Source of the DNA: Candidatus Bathyarchaeota archaeon
GTDB taxonomy: Archaea > Thermoproteota > Bathyarchaeia > Bathyarchaeales > Bathycorpusculaceae
DNA length: 64,000 bases
Direction of reading: 5' to 3'
Assembly (NCBI GenBank): GCA_963826715.1
Contig: CAWGYA010000008.1
Location: forward strand, 1,120,001-1,184,000
The notes under the pieces are model-generated. The model ran no database searches and was not told the DNA's origin. It was given only the letters and a program-made list of their open reading frames with translations. A program made the position numbers and the translations under genes. Shown here one piece after another: positions 21,178 through 31,297 of this stretch (positions are counted from its first letter, which is position 1; the number at the start of each line of letters is the position of its first letter).

Positions 21178-22173
21178 ATGGTAAATGAACACATAGAAAG
21201 TAGGGAAGTGTCCTGGAAAGTTTATGGTATAGATGTATACGGGACTCTTACTTCGCCAAAAAATGATGCTATGCACCCCGCAGTTGTTTTTGTAGCTGGC
21301 AGTGGTCCAACTGATCGGGATTGGTGCTCGCCGTTGTTGCCTGGAGATAATGGCAGCGCTAAACTATTGGCTGAAGCACTTGCGGGGCAAGGTTTTGTTA
21401 CTCTTCGCTACGACAAGATAGCTTCTGGACCACACGTAAGAGAAAACATACCTAAACTAATTGGTAAAATAAGCATGCAAAGCCACCTCGAGGAACTAAG
21501 TGGGGCAGTTGAAACGATTTGTGCAGAGAAAAACGTTGATAAAAATCGTATTTTTGTATTAACTAACAGTGAGGGTGCAATCCATGGGGTTAACTATCAG
21601 TTGCAGACGAAGAATAATCATTTTAAAGGGCTTGTGTTAACGGGTGCGCCTGGAAGAGCTATTGGAGCTGTGAGTCGTAGCCAAGTTCTTGCTCAAGTTC
21701 AGCCGTTGTCAAACTCAGAAGTTATGATGAAAAATTATGATAATGCTATCGCTGCGTTCAATGAGGGTAAACCGATACCAACCGAGGCAGGGTTCCCTGA
21801 AGGCATTAAGATGCTATTGCTGAGTTTAGATAGTCCAGTTAACTTGCCCTTTTCTAAAGAATTATGGAGTTACAGTCTCCCTGATTACCTATCTAAAGTT
21901 GATGCACCTGTGCTTGTGGTTATTGGGAAAAAAGATATTCAAGTCAATTGGAAAGATGATGGTTGCCAATTGGAGAAGGCAACTAATCAGAAAACGACTG
22001 TGTCTTTTGTGTATCCAGAAAATGCAAATCATGTGTTGAAATATGAAGGAAAACCGTTTGAACAACTCACTGCTCAAGAAGCCATGTTAAATTACAATGC
22101 CTCCGGAACTGAGCTTGATGTCGATGCGGCAAGTACGATTTATAAATGGCTAAAAGGACAAGCAGAGAGCTAA
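21178..22173 (+). CDS. Alpha/beta hydrolase
   Basis: VAGSGPTDRD, LRYDK, NSEG nucleophile elbow, GKKDIQV (Asp), ANHVL (His). Confidence 0.88.
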   Translation: MVNEHIESREVSWKVYGIDVYGTLTSPKNDAMHPAVVFVAGSGPTDRDWCSPLLPGDNGSAKLLAEALAGQGFVTLRYDKIASGPHVRENIPKLIGKISMQSHLEELSGAVETICAEKNVDKNRIFVLTNSEGAIHGVNYQLQTKNNHFKGLVLTGAPGRAIGAVSRSQVLAQVQPLSNSEVMMKNYDNAIAAFNEGKPIPTEAGFPEGIKMLLLSLDSPVNLPFSKELWSYSLPDYLSKVDAPVLVVIGKKDIQVNWKDDGCQLEKATNQKTTVSFVYPENANHVLKYEGKPFEQLTAQEAMLNYNASGTELDVDAASTIYKWLKGQAES

Positions 22174-22316
22174 ATATTTGTCGATCTCAACAGACTTCTA
22201 AACTTGTGTCGGTTAGAACTTGAACCCTGACTAATTAGGAGTATCTCCAGAGGACTTAACTAATAATTTTGTTTTTTCTGTAAAATTTTTATTTGAAAAG
22301 TCCAACATTTACTCCT

Positions 22317-22868
22317 TTAGGTTAATCCATTAATGTTTGTTTCTTTAAGGCTGAATTCTAAAACGTAAATTTGATTTTCGAAAGAAGTAAAATAGACAAT
22401 TCTAATGGGCCACAGAAAAACTTTATCGATGTAATAGGTAGCGTTTATTGCTTCATTGACGTATTCATAAGCTATGCAGTCTCGAATTCCAATTCCTTTG
22501 ACTGTTATTTGTGTGCTGTACATTCCTTCAAGTCTTTCACCTTTGGGTTGAAAACTAACATTTGTTTTATTGACCCATAAAATAGTTTGGTCTGAAAGTG
22601 TTGGCGAGATAGAGGTTTTAATTGATGAATCAGTTTGGATTTGAACGTGAGTGGCGTTTAAGTCGGTAACTTGAATTTTTTCGTCTAGGGTATACGGAAT
22701 GGATAGCGAATCAATTTTTCCTTCATATGTCGCGTAAACAACTTTAAACATCCAAGACTTAGACATGTTTTGCTGGGGACTATCAGCAGGTTGATATCCG
22801 CTGCTAAAAAATATTATTGACAATGTTAAAAATGAAATCAACCCGATTATAATCCAATTTTTCTCCAT
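22317..22868 (-). CDS. Hypothetical secreted or membrane-anchored protein
   Basis: Likely start MEKNWIIIGL (hydrophobic N-terminus), beta-rich body. Confidence 0.6.
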   Translation of the reverse strand: MEKNWIIIGLISFLTLSIIFFSSGYQPADSPQQNMSKSWMFKVVYATYEGKIDSLSIPYTLDEKIQVTDLNATHVQIQTDSSIKTSISPTLSDQTILWVNKTNVSFQPKGERLEGMYSTQITVKGIGIRDCIAYEYVNEAINATYYIDKVFLWPIRIVYFTSFENQIYVLEFSLKETNINGLT

Positions 22869-23077
22869 ACATAGCCATGGAATGAATTGTTTAAAAAGCG
22901 TTTTGCGTTTTCGATTAGTTTTGACAAAAGGGTTAACGAAGCAAAAACATGAACAATTAGGCAATCTTTTCAAAGAAACTTTTTGTTTAGCTCTTTTTAA
23001 TAAATCTACTACTGCTTGATTCATCTTTTAATGGGTTACCTAATGATAGCGGGTTGGGCTTGAACCATTTGCTCAGT

Positions 23078-25993
23078 TTAGCGGTTTTTCGATGCCCTAC
23101 TAAAAAGCAGAATTAGTAGCACTATAACTATAGCCACTATAACGTTAATGGGAAATAAATAATCTATCAACTCTAGTTGGTTTGTATTTGCTGACGGTGT
23201 AGGTAAAGTTGGGCTTGGCAATGGTGATGCTGTTTGTGTTGGAGAAGGTGTCGCTGTTGCTGTTGGCTGTGAAGTAGTAAGTGTTATTGCGCTTGCAAGG
23301 TTTGTTACCAAGCCCGCGTTGTCTTTTATCTGGCAATAAACGGTTTTTAACCCTTCACCACTAGTGACTTGCCACTTTTGACTGGGTGTATAATTTTGCC
23401 ATGGAATCTGGTCCCACACGTTGTTATTGCTGAATCGCATTTGGGTAACCTCCGATAAGGAAGTGGCGGTCAGGCTCAGGGTTACGCTATTCGAGGTTGT
23501 TGTTGCTTGACCATTGTTTATTTGCATTGAACCTTGAGGGGGTGTCTTTTCCAGTTTAAGATCCATCAACATTAGGTGATTTAACTCCATGTTGCCTGTT
23601 CCGTAGGCGTCCCATGTAACCCAGTATTCTAAAGTGTTGTTTGTGCTTTCTGTTGTTATGATGGGTTGACCGTTAGTGGTGACGTTGCAGATTGAACCAT
23701 TATTAACTGAATAATATATTTGTGTGCCAGCTAAATCAGATGTTAAATTTATTTCTACATTCGAGGTATGCCATGAATTAACATAGTTATAGTCGTTAGT
23801 TACTGTTGGAAGGCGAGTTATATTCACGCAAAAGTTAGAGGCGCCGTCGTTTACAACGATGCTATGTTGCCCCGCGGTTGTGGTTGGAACAGTTATAGTT
23901 GCATTGAAATTGCCGTTTGCCTCAACGGTAGTCGTGCCCAAACTGACGTTGCCGTTCCAAAGCAAAGATGCTATTCCAGGGCTGAACCATTTGCCTGCGA
24001 TAACTATAGACTGTCCGTTTTCGACAAAAACATCCGTAGTTAAATTTGTGCAGTTACCATACAGTCCTGTGGCGGTTTGATTGCCTATTTGGGTTAAGCC
24101 TCTTCGCCATTCCATGTAGGGATCTGTTGAATTGTATGAGTTGCCGTTGTGGTTGTCAGTGATTTTGAAAAAGATGTTGTTAATGCTCGGTTGATTGTCT
24201 CCAACTTGATTGTTTTGTATTAGGTCTGGAGCCGTTAATGTGTAGGTGAAGTTTTCGGTGGCTATTGCTAAGTTGTTTATTACTTGTGTCCAATCTAAGT
24301 TTATTGGGTTTAAGTAGGAAATGTTTACGGAATGACCTGTAAAGCCGTTGCCAGTTAGCGTGATTATGCCAGCGGGTGGACCAGAGGTTGGCGAAACGTT
24401 AACTGTTGGTTGTGCCATTGAATATTTTACGGTTAACGTTACATGGTCGTCTTTTATGGTGTGAACTGGCGTTTGTGTTGAGATGTTGTTTCCTACGGCG
24501 AAGTAGTTTATTATTCCAGTGTCGTTAGTTCCCCATTTATCGGGTCCTGCATCGTACACTTTCATGAAGAAGAGTTGATTGTAAAGGGAATTAGTGTAAT
24601 CCTTGAACTCGGTTAAATCAAACACAATATTATTTGAGCTAAAAGGCAGGCTGCCTCCGAGGAAAATATCACCATCCTGATTAAACTCGTCAAATGTTTT
24701 CGTAACTAAAGGTGCATTTGGGCTTCCTAACCCAAAAGTAATGTTGCAGTCTTGCCTCGATGTGTGACTAATGTTGAAGGTTGCAAGTATCTGCGGTTGG
24801 TAACCAATTAAATCTTGAGATAAAACCACGGGGTCATTTTTGGCTGAAAGCTCTGCCATAACTTGGTAAGACACCCAATAGCATCCGTCAGGCACATTTT
24901 CCCATGAGTTTGGTCCTTCTCCTATTCCCCAAGAATTAACAACCTTAAATGCGCCACTGTGCAATGTGCCATTTTCAATGTAAGAGATGCTGTCGTTGTA
25001 CCCCACAATTGTTTGGGCGTGATCCAGCCCACCGAACTGCCAATTGTCAAGGGTAAACAAATCTTGGCTGTTATCATCGGGGATGGGGACAATATTATCG
25101 TAGGCGTCAATAGCGAAAGTTGCAACGTTCCCTGCAGCCAACCAGTTTTTTAGGTTTGTTATGCCGTTTGTTTCGTTGACGTAAATGTATTGGTAACTGT
25201 AGGTGCTGTTTGAACGATAATACGGTGCTTGAGCCCACGCAGCCTCTGAAGGCCACGCATTGCATTCGCTCTGATTATAGGGCATGTTTAGCCAAGAACT
25301 GACGCCAATAGAGCACATAACCATGATAGGTCCCTCCAAGGAACCGCCAATATCTGAGCCATTATTAACTAAGTTGTAAACGAAGGCTGGACTCATAATT
25401 TCGCTTTGATAGGGAGCAGAGACATGACCGTTGTCATAGTGGCCAGGAGAATATTCATAATTGTTTGACCCATCGTACACCCATGTTGCTTGGCTTAAAT
25501 TCCATTGGTGCTCCTTCGCTTCCTGATAAGATTTGGCGTAATAAACATTAGCAAAAAAAGAACATGAACCCTGTGTGCCTTGGTCGCCAATAGGTGGGAA
25601 CCATGCAGTTTGGGATAGGTCCACTGCATTTGGTATTGATTCTGTATATAAAACTTCATCAACCACGTAACCGTTTTTTGCTATATCGTTCCACTCGCTG
25701 GGGGTTGGAGGAGTTAAACCTGTTCCGTGTCCATCAACAATCTGGTTATAGTTTTTCCCTCCTTGGTAAACACCAACGCTACTTTCGTAGGCTTTAAGCT
25801 CGTTTGAAGTCATCTTATGTTCTTTCAAGCCTAAGTTGCCATAATTCACCTGTGTAGATGAGTAAATTTGGTTTGAGGCTGAATTCTTAGACGTTTGGGC
25901 AGTAGCGTAACTATTGTGTAAACATGAAATAGCAAGGGGTAAAAGTAAAACAGCGATGACGACTAAAACTTCTAACTTTAAGTTTCTGTGCAC
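23078..25993 (-). CDS. Cell-surface papain-like C1A cysteine protease with Ig-like domains and TM anchor
   Basis: PPIGDQGTQGSC (oxyanion Gln, catalytic Cys), DHAQTIVGYND (His), KVVNSWG (Asn); signal peptide; Thr/Pro linker plus TM. Confidence 0.92.
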   Translation of the reverse strand: MHRNLKLEVLVVIAVLLLPLAISCLHNSYATAQTSKNSASNQIYSSTQVNYGNLGLKEHKMTSNELKAYESSVGVYQGGKNYNQIVDGHGTGLTPPTPSEWNDIAKNGYVVDEVLYTESIPNAVDLSQTAWFPPIGDQGTQGSCSFFANVYYAKSYQEAKEHQWNLSQATWVYDGSNNYEYSPGHYDNGHVSAPYQSEIMSPAFVYNLVNNGSDIGGSLEGPIMVMCSIGVSSWLNMPYNQSECNAWPSEAAWAQAPYYRSNSTYSYQYIYVNETNGITNLKNWLAAGNVATFAIDAYDNIVPIPDDNSQDLFTLDNWQFGGLDHAQTIVGYNDSISYIENGTLHSGAFKVVNSWGIGEGPNSWENVPDGCYWVSYQVMAELSAKNDPVVLSQDLIGYQPQILATFNISHTSRQDCNITFGLGSPNAPLVTKTFDEFNQDGDIFLGGSLPFSSNNIVFDLTEFKDYTNSLYNQLFFMKVYDAGPDKWGTNDTGIINYFAVGNNISTQTPVHTIKDDHVTLTVKYSMAQPTVNVSPTSGPPAGIITLTGNGFTGHSVNISYLNPINLDWTQVINNLAIATENFTYTLTAPDLIQNNQVGDNQPSINNIFFKITDNHNGNSYNSTDPYMEWRRGLTQIGNQTATGLYGNCTNLTTDVFVENGQSIVIAGKWFSPGIASLLWNGNVSLGTTTVEANGNFNATITVPTTTAGQHSIVVNDGASNFCVNITRLPTVTNDYNYVNSWHTSNVEINLTSDLAGTQIYYSVNNGSICNVTTNGQPIITTESTNNTLEYWVTWDAYGTGNMELNHLMLMDLKLEKTPPQGSMQINNGQATTTSNSVTLSLTATSLSEVTQMRFSNNNVWDQIPWQNYTPSQKWQVTSGEGLKTVYCQIKDNAGLVTNLASAITLTTSQPTATATPSPTQTASPLPSPTLPTPSANTNQLELIDYLFPINVIVAIVIVLLILLFSRASKNR

Positions 25994-26224
25994 TGTGCTG
26001 TTTCCCTGTTTTCCTTAGTTTCGCTCGGTTATAAAAATAATGAACTGCAAATTCAGATTGGTTTGTTTTATCGATAAAACTTGGTTATGCTTTTCGGGTT
26101 GTGAATCATTAAATTATTTCAGATAACGCATTTTGTGTTCTAAAAAGTGCTATATTTCCTACTTATTCAGTAGCTAAACGCCAAAAATCATGGTTTGATT
26201 TATTAACGGGGGTGCAGAGAAGCG

Positions 26225-26271
26225 GGCGGGGTGGGGTTTGAGCCTATGAAGGCCTGCGCCAGAGGATCTTA
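26225..26271 (-). repeat. Degenerate copy of tRNA-Leu 3' half (att-like direct repeat)
   Basis: 24 bp identical (26248-26271 vs 27114-27137, GAAGGCCTGCGCCAGAGGATCTTA) plus decayed T-arm and acceptor. Confidence 0.88.
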
Positions 26272-26307
26272 TGTTTTGCTCTCAAGCAAATGATAGTACT
26301 TTTATTT

Positions 26308-26742
26308 TTATTCCCTGGCTAAATGCTCATTGTTTAGCACATTTAGCATCTCGTCGACTGTCAGAATTCTTATTCCTTTGAAATCTTTCAACGCAAGCAA
26401 ATGTTTGTCACCTGAAACGATGTAGTCAGTTTTACTGTCATATGCTGTTCTTATAATAATGTCATCATCAGGGTCTTCAGTGATAACTTTAAAATGGGAT
26501 ATCACTTGTACGATTTCAGACCTTTTTAAGGCATTCAGAAATAGGGTTACATCCTGTTCACTTACGTACCTTACTGCCTTTGGGTCCTCTGTTATTTCGA
26601 GGAACTCTTCTATTATTGCTTTGGACAAAATTAGTTGTTTGTCTTTTACTAATCTATATAGGAGAACGCGTGGCTTGCCGGTTTTTATTAGGGATGAAAT
26701 TAAGACATTTGTGTCTAGAACTACTTTCATTTCAGTTGTCAC
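26308..26742 (-). CDS. vapC: PIN-domain toxin (VapC-like, PIN_3)
   Basis: VVLDTNVLIS, DPDDD, YIVSGDKHLL. Confidence 0.92.
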   Translation of the reverse strand: MTTEMKVVLDTNVLISSLIKTGKPRVLLYRLVKDKQLILSKAIIEEFLEITEDPKAVRYVSEQDVTLFLNALKRSEIVQVISHFKVITEDPDDDIIIRTAYDSKTDYIVSGDKHLLALKDFKGIRILTVDEMLNVLNNEHLARE

Positions 26743-27032
26743 ATTGGGCTTCTTTTCTTCCGCCTGTGCTCATGGATTATTTGATTTATCCCGTTGTTTG
26801 AGATTTCACCATGTTTTGCGATTCTTTCGTCGATTCTTTTGTACATAGCTTCAAGCTCTTTTGATAAGTCTGGCTCTTCAAATTTTCTTAGTATCACCGA
26901 ATCGTTGCATTGATAAACAAGAAATTTAGTTTTCGCTTTCAAGCCCATTTTTGATCGAATTTTTGCTGGTATGACAACTTGGCCTTTCTCGCTAAGAATC
27001 GTGAGTTCTGCGTTTTCATTCTGAGCCATCAA
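26739..27032 (-). CDS. AbrB/MazE-family antitoxin
   Basis: LSEKGQVVIPAKIRSKMGL; 4-nt overlap with the PIN gene. Confidence 0.9.
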   Translation of the reverse strand: MMAQNENAELTILSEKGQVVIPAKIRSKMGLKAKTKFLVYQCNDSVILRKFEEPDLSKELEAMYKRIDERIAKHGEISNNGINQIIHEHRRKKRSPM

Positions 27033-27085
27033 TATTACCCATATGTTATCTTACTTTCTTACCTAAAAAGATTTTTATTTATAAG

Positions 27086-27213
27086 TGGTGGCGGGGGTGG
27101 GACTTGAACCCACGAAGGCCTGCGCCAGAGGATCTTAAGTCCTCCTCCATATCTTAGGGGCAAATAGGTTTTCTTGATCTGGCCCTATTTAGACCTGGCT
27201 CGGATACCCCGCC
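27086..27213 (-). tRNA. tRNA-Leu(TAA) with 40-nt intron at position 22/23 (27149-27188); CCA encoded
   Basis: Acceptor GGCGGGG/CCCCGCC-A-CCA; anticodon arm GAGGA-CTTAAGA-TCCTC; long variable arm; T-arm GTGGG-TTCAAGT-CCCAC; BHB-like junction. Confidence 0.93.
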
Positions 27214-27505
27214 ACCAGCACCGTTACAGTTCGTCATGGTTCTGTTTAAGTTTTCCGATTTTTAGTTGTATTCTTTAGGTGCCAACATATCCTATTTGTG
27301 ATCTTTGGAAGTATTTTTTCCAGTTTAGGGAACACTCCTTATCGTTCAAACATGTATCTGTTTTTAAAGGACCGTTAAAGGTCGCCTCTAAGGGGGCATT
27401 AAGGAAATCGGTTTGCCTCTACGATGGGGCCGTTTTTAATCACAGAGGTTTTGAGGTCTTAAATTTTTACAGAAAAAAGATCAATAAAATAGTGAGAACG
27501 CATAA

Positions 27506-28333
27506 CTAACGCGTTTTTAGCATGCTTCCGCTTCGATATCCCTCTAAATCAAACGTTACGTATACAAAACCCAGTTTTTTAAGCTCAATCGCAACCATAT
27601 CGAGTATATCGATGTCAAAGAATTGTTTCCGTTCTGCCTCGTTTACCTCAATTCTGGCCAAGTCTCCATGGTCTCGCACTCGTAACTGTTTTACATTTGT
27701 GATTCGTCTGATTGCAGCTTCTGCTTTCTCGATGCGTTCAAGTTTCTTGAGGGTTATGCGTTCGTTGAAGGGAATCCTTGATGCTAAACAGGGTGAGGCA
27801 GCTTTATCGTGGACGTTGAGCTTCATTTGTTTTGCGACGGCTCGGATTTCCTCTTTACTAAACTTACAGAACACCCAAGGTGTGTAGACGTTCTCTACTT
27901 CTTGTATCGCCTTAAAGCCTGGTCGATGCTCACCGAGGTCGCTGAAGTTTGTGCCGTCGAAAACCGCTCCGAACCCGTGCTCAAGGGCAAACTTTGTAAG
28001 TTTTAGGAGGAGCTCTTTTTTGCAGAAGTAGCAACGGTTTTCAGGGTTTTTAGCGAAGTCTTCGTTCTGCAACTCGTTGGTTAGTGTGACATAGAGTTTG
28101 ATACCGATGCTTAGCGCGGTGATTTTTGCGTTACGCATTTCTTCTTCAGTGTAGGTTGGTGAATGTGCAATGACGGCGACTGCTTTCTTGTTCAGAATTT
28201 GGTGGGATATGGCTGCCAATGTGGTGCTGTCTACGCCACCTGAAAACGCAATTACTACGCCGTTTTTGCCTTTATCTGCAATGTATTCTTTGAGTTCTTC
28301 TAGTTTATGGTTTAGTGGATCTTCCACTTTCAC
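27506..28333 (-). CDS. larE: Nickel-pincer cofactor sulfur transferase LarE
   Basis: PP-loop AFSGGVDS, NPENRCYFCK, PCLASRIP, LRVRDHG, DLEGYRSGSM. Confidence 0.95.
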   Translation of the reverse strand: MKVEDPLNHKLEELKEYIADKGKNGVVIAFSGGVDSTTLAAISHQILNKKAVAVIAHSPTYTEEEMRNAKITALSIGIKLYVTLTNELQNEDFAKNPENRCYFCKKELLLKLTKFALEHGFGAVFDGTNFSDLGEHRPGFKAIQEVENVYTPWVFCKFSKEEIRAVAKQMKLNVHDKAASPCLASRIPFNERITLKKLERIEKAEAAIRRITNVKQLRVRDHGDLARIEVNEAERKQFFDIDILDMVAIELKKLGFVYVTFDLEGYRSGSMLKTR

Positions 28334-29580
28334 TCCTCCGTTTCAGGGTATATTTCTTGTGTTTTAGAAGTCGCCAGTTCTAAGAGTTCTCTCAGTGGTT
28401 TATTAGTTTTCATTGCTAGTCGTTTTAGGTCTTCAAATTCTGGTTTTATGCGAATAATTTTGCCTTCTGCGCTCTTAGAGATTTTAATTTTTACGTTTTC
28501 GTGGTTGCCCAGCACATTTAAATCTACTATAACTTCTTCTCGCTTGATTATGTGCCGTTGGCAATGGTAAACCCTAACGCCTAACGTGCCTGTTTCAGCA
28601 ATCAACATACGGGTGAGGTGTGCTACGTCTTTTTGGTCTGCTATGACTTTTATGATATTTGCTGGGCGGTTCTTCTTGGTGACCGCTGGGATGATGCTGA
28701 CGTCTTTTGCGCCTTCTGCGAGGAGTTTGTCGATGGTGTATCCTAAAACTTCGCCTGTGGTATCGTCTACGTTGGTTTCCAAAACGGCAATCGTGTCGCT
28801 TACCGTGCTAACGTCGACGGGATTACCCATTGTAAGTCGTAGAACTGCAGGTAATTCTGTAAATTCCTTTTTTCCCGCGCCATATCCCACCTTCAAGGGA
28901 ATCATAGGTGGGTAGAGGCTGTTTACTTCATTTACTAAGTTAACTAGAAGCGCTGTGCCTGTGGGTGTGGCGAGTTCATGTTCGATGGGTCCACCGTGGA
29001 AGGGGAAGTTTTTGGATTTTAAAATCGCCAAAGTCGCCGGTGCTGGAGAGGAGACAATGCCGTGAGAAAACTTTATGACCCCGCCGCCTACTGCTAGCGG
29101 CATCGAGTAAATTTTGGCTTCGAAGAGATGTAGGTCATCTAAGGCGACGGTGCAACCGATGATTTCTGCGGCTGTATCAACCAATGCAACTTCGTGGAGA
29201 TGTGTGTCCTTAGAGAGTGTTTGGTGCAAATCTGTCTCTACCTCTATGATTGAGCGTATAACTTTAGAGGCAAACTCTCGCGCCTTGTTGGACATATAGA
29301 TGCCCGCTGCGGCTTTATCTATGATTTCGATGAGGTCACTACCCCGTCGTTTTTCGGCGGTTGTTGAGGTAACATCGATTTGGGTTGCGCGGAATCCCCC
29401 GCGAGATACTTCATCAATAGCTATGTCAATATGTAGATAACCAAACTCTGGACTCTCAAGGGTTTTAATCGCAGAAATAACACGTTCCACGTTAGCGCCC
29501 AAATCCAAAAGAGCGCCTAAAAACATATCCCCCGCGACTCCTGAGGCATTACAGTCAACAACAAGAATCTTTCCAGTCAT
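28330..29580 (-). CDS. larC: Nickel insertion protein LarC
   Basis: SGVAGDMFLGALLDLG, HLHEV, ELATPTG, ETNVDD, KKNRP, ETGTLGVR, KPEFED. Confidence 0.95.
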   Translation of the reverse strand: MTGKILVVDCNASGVAGDMFLGALLDLGANVERVISAIKTLESPEFGYLHIDIAIDEVSRGGFRATQIDVTSTTAEKRRGSDLIEIIDKAAAGIYMSNKAREFASKVIRSIIEVETDLHQTLSKDTHLHEVALVDTAAEIIGCTVALDDLHLFEAKIYSMPLAVGGGVIKFSHGIVSSPAPATLAILKSKNFPFHGGPIEHELATPTGTALLVNLVNEVNSLYPPMIPLKVGYGAGKKEFTELPAVLRLTMGNPVDVSTVSDTIAVLETNVDDTTGEVLGYTIDKLLAEGAKDVSIIPAVTKKNRPANIIKVIADQKDVAHLTRMLIAETGTLGVRVYHCQRHIIKREEVIVDLNVLGNHENVKIKISKSAEGKIIRIKPEFEDLKRLAMKTNKPLRELLELATSKTQEIYPETEE

Positions 29581-29658
29581 AAATCATCACAAAAAGATGT
29601 TCAATCAAGTAAACATAATAGATATATTGTTAAATGGTTTTTTTAAGTATGTCTATTT

Positions 29659-30444
29659 ATGCAGTCGCTAAGAGAAATTTTAGAGAAGGTTTCTTCTAGA
29701 GAAATTTCGCCAGAGCAAGCAGAGAAAATGCTTAAATTGCTTAGCATTGACGAGCTGGGTTGCATTGCGAAACTGGATGGCGCCCGTGAACTCCGCAAAG
29801 GAGTTCCTGAAGTGATTTTGGCAGAAGGAAAAACTCCCAATGATGTTGTTGAAATTTCCAAAAAAATGCTCTCGGGTAGCGGGCGGGTGATTATCAGTAG
29901 ATGCAGCAAAGAGCATTTAGACTCAATTAGATTATCTCTCGGAAACATAGGTGCTGACCTTGAGATTAATGAAAAAGCGCGTATGATTGTTGTGAAAAGC
30001 AAGACATTCAAAATAAAGCCGAGTGGGGGTAAAATTGCGATTTTGACTGCAGGGACTTCCGATGTGCCTGTCGCGGAAGAAGCCAAAGTCATGGCAGAAG
30101 AAATGGGTTGTAAGGTCTATAGTGCATATGATGTGGGCGTGGCAGGTATTCACCGATTACTGGAGCCTATAAAGCAGGTTATCTCCCAAGACTGCGACGT
30201 GGTTTTGGTGGTGGCTGGGCGTGAGGGCGCTTTGGCGTCTGTAGTGTGTGGTCTTGTGGATGTGCCCGTGATTGCTGTGCCGACTTCAAACAGCTACGGA
30301 TTCGGTGCAAAAGGTGTTAGCGCTTTGATGGCTATGTTGCAATCGTGTTCGTTGGGTTTGGTTGTTGTAAATATCGATGGTGGCGTGGCAGCTGGGGCAG
30401 TGGCTACTTTGATTGCTAATCGTGCCGCAAAATTCCGCAAATAA
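29659..30444 (+). CDS. larB: NPN carboxylase/hydrolase LarB
   Basis: PEVILAEGK, AGTSDVPVAEEA, DVGVAGIHRL, AGREGAL, AVPTS. Confidence 0.95.
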   Translation: MQSLREILEKVSSREISPEQAEKMLKLLSIDELGCIAKLDGARELRKGVPEVILAEGKTPNDVVEISKKMLSGSGRVIISRCSKEHLDSIRLSLGNIGADLEINEKARMIVVKSKTFKIKPSGGKIAILTAGTSDVPVAEEAKVMAEEMGCKVYSAYDVGVAGIHRLLEPIKQVISQDCDVVLVVAGREGALASVVCGLVDVPVIAVPTSNSYGFGAKGVSALMAMLQSCSLGLVVVNIDGGVAAGAVATLIANRAAKFRK

Positions 30445-30543
30445 GACTCGGACTTTTTTGTGGTCGGTTTTGGGCTTTGTGGGGGCGTTTTTGTAGTTAG
30501 TGGCGAAGCTTGCGTTGCCTTGGTTAAATCGTAGCACTAAATG

Positions 30544-30589
30544 GTAATATTTTAATACTGGGTATTACTTTTGTAGATAATCGTGTTAC
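30544..30589. promoter_or_regulatory. Possible NikR-type operator upstream of the Ni/Co transporter
   Basis: GTAATA-N13-TATTAC inverted repeat, plus a downstream GTGTTAC half-site before the GGAGG SD. Confidence 0.35.
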
Positions 30590-30610
30590 TGTGGGAGGTG
30601 GAGCGAAAAA

Positions 30611-31297
30611 ATGCACATACCTGACGGATTCATCTCACTCTATATTTCAATACCGGCTTTCATTATAACCCTCATCTTCTGGGCAATCTCATTTAAAAAA
30701 ATCAAACTCACTGAACAACAAGTTCCCATGATGGGATTACTAACAGCTCTTTTTTTCGCTGCCATGTTTGTTAACTATCCTGTAATCGGCGGAACAACTG
30801 CGCATCTCCTTGGTGGAGCAGCAATTGGGCTTATCCTTGGTCCATTTGCTGGTCTCATTTCTATAACCATAATCTTGGTTTTGCAGGCGCTATTATTCGC
30901 AGATGGTGGGCTCATCACTCTAGGAGCTAATGTACTTAACATGGGTGTGATCGGTGTGTTTGTTCCCTGCGCAATATTCTTGTTTGCAAACAAAATTTTC
31001 AAACTCAAAACCACCTCAAGCATATTTGCCACAGTATTCGTATCAGCTTTCGCTGGAGACCTACTTGCCGCGTTGTCAGCTGGCACAGAATTGGGGCTTT
31101 CAACGTCCACTTTCCATTATGGTTTAAGTTTAGTGCTGCCCGCCATGGCAATTAACCACTCTATCATCGGTATCGCGGAAGGTATAATCACGGTCATCTT
31201 AATCGGTACTCTTCTGAAACTTCGGCCAGACGTGTTAGACAAAAGCCCCATCTTAGGCAAATTGAGTATGTTTAAAAATAAAGCAATTGAGGCATGA
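30611..31297 (+). CDS. cbiM: Ni/Co ECF transporter substrate component NikM/CbiM
   Basis: N-terminal MHIPDG metal ligand; GTTAHLLG; QALLFADGG. Confidence 0.93.
   Translation: MHIPDGFISLYISIPAFIITLIFWAISFKKIKLTEQQVPMMGLLTALFFAAMFVNYPVIGGTTAHLLGGAAIGLILGPFAGLISITIILVLQALLFADGGLITLGANVLNMGVIGVFVPCAIFLFANKIFKLKTTSSIFATVFVSAFAGDLLAALSAGTELGLSTSTFHYGLSLVLPAMAINHSIIGIAEGIITVILIGTLLKLRPDVLDKSPILGKLSMFKNKAIEA

Noticed and set aside
27369-27432. Small GC hairpins (GCCTCTA..GGGGC twice) as ncRNA or CRISPR repeats
   Set aside because: Only two short imperfect copies, no regular spacing and no cas genes.
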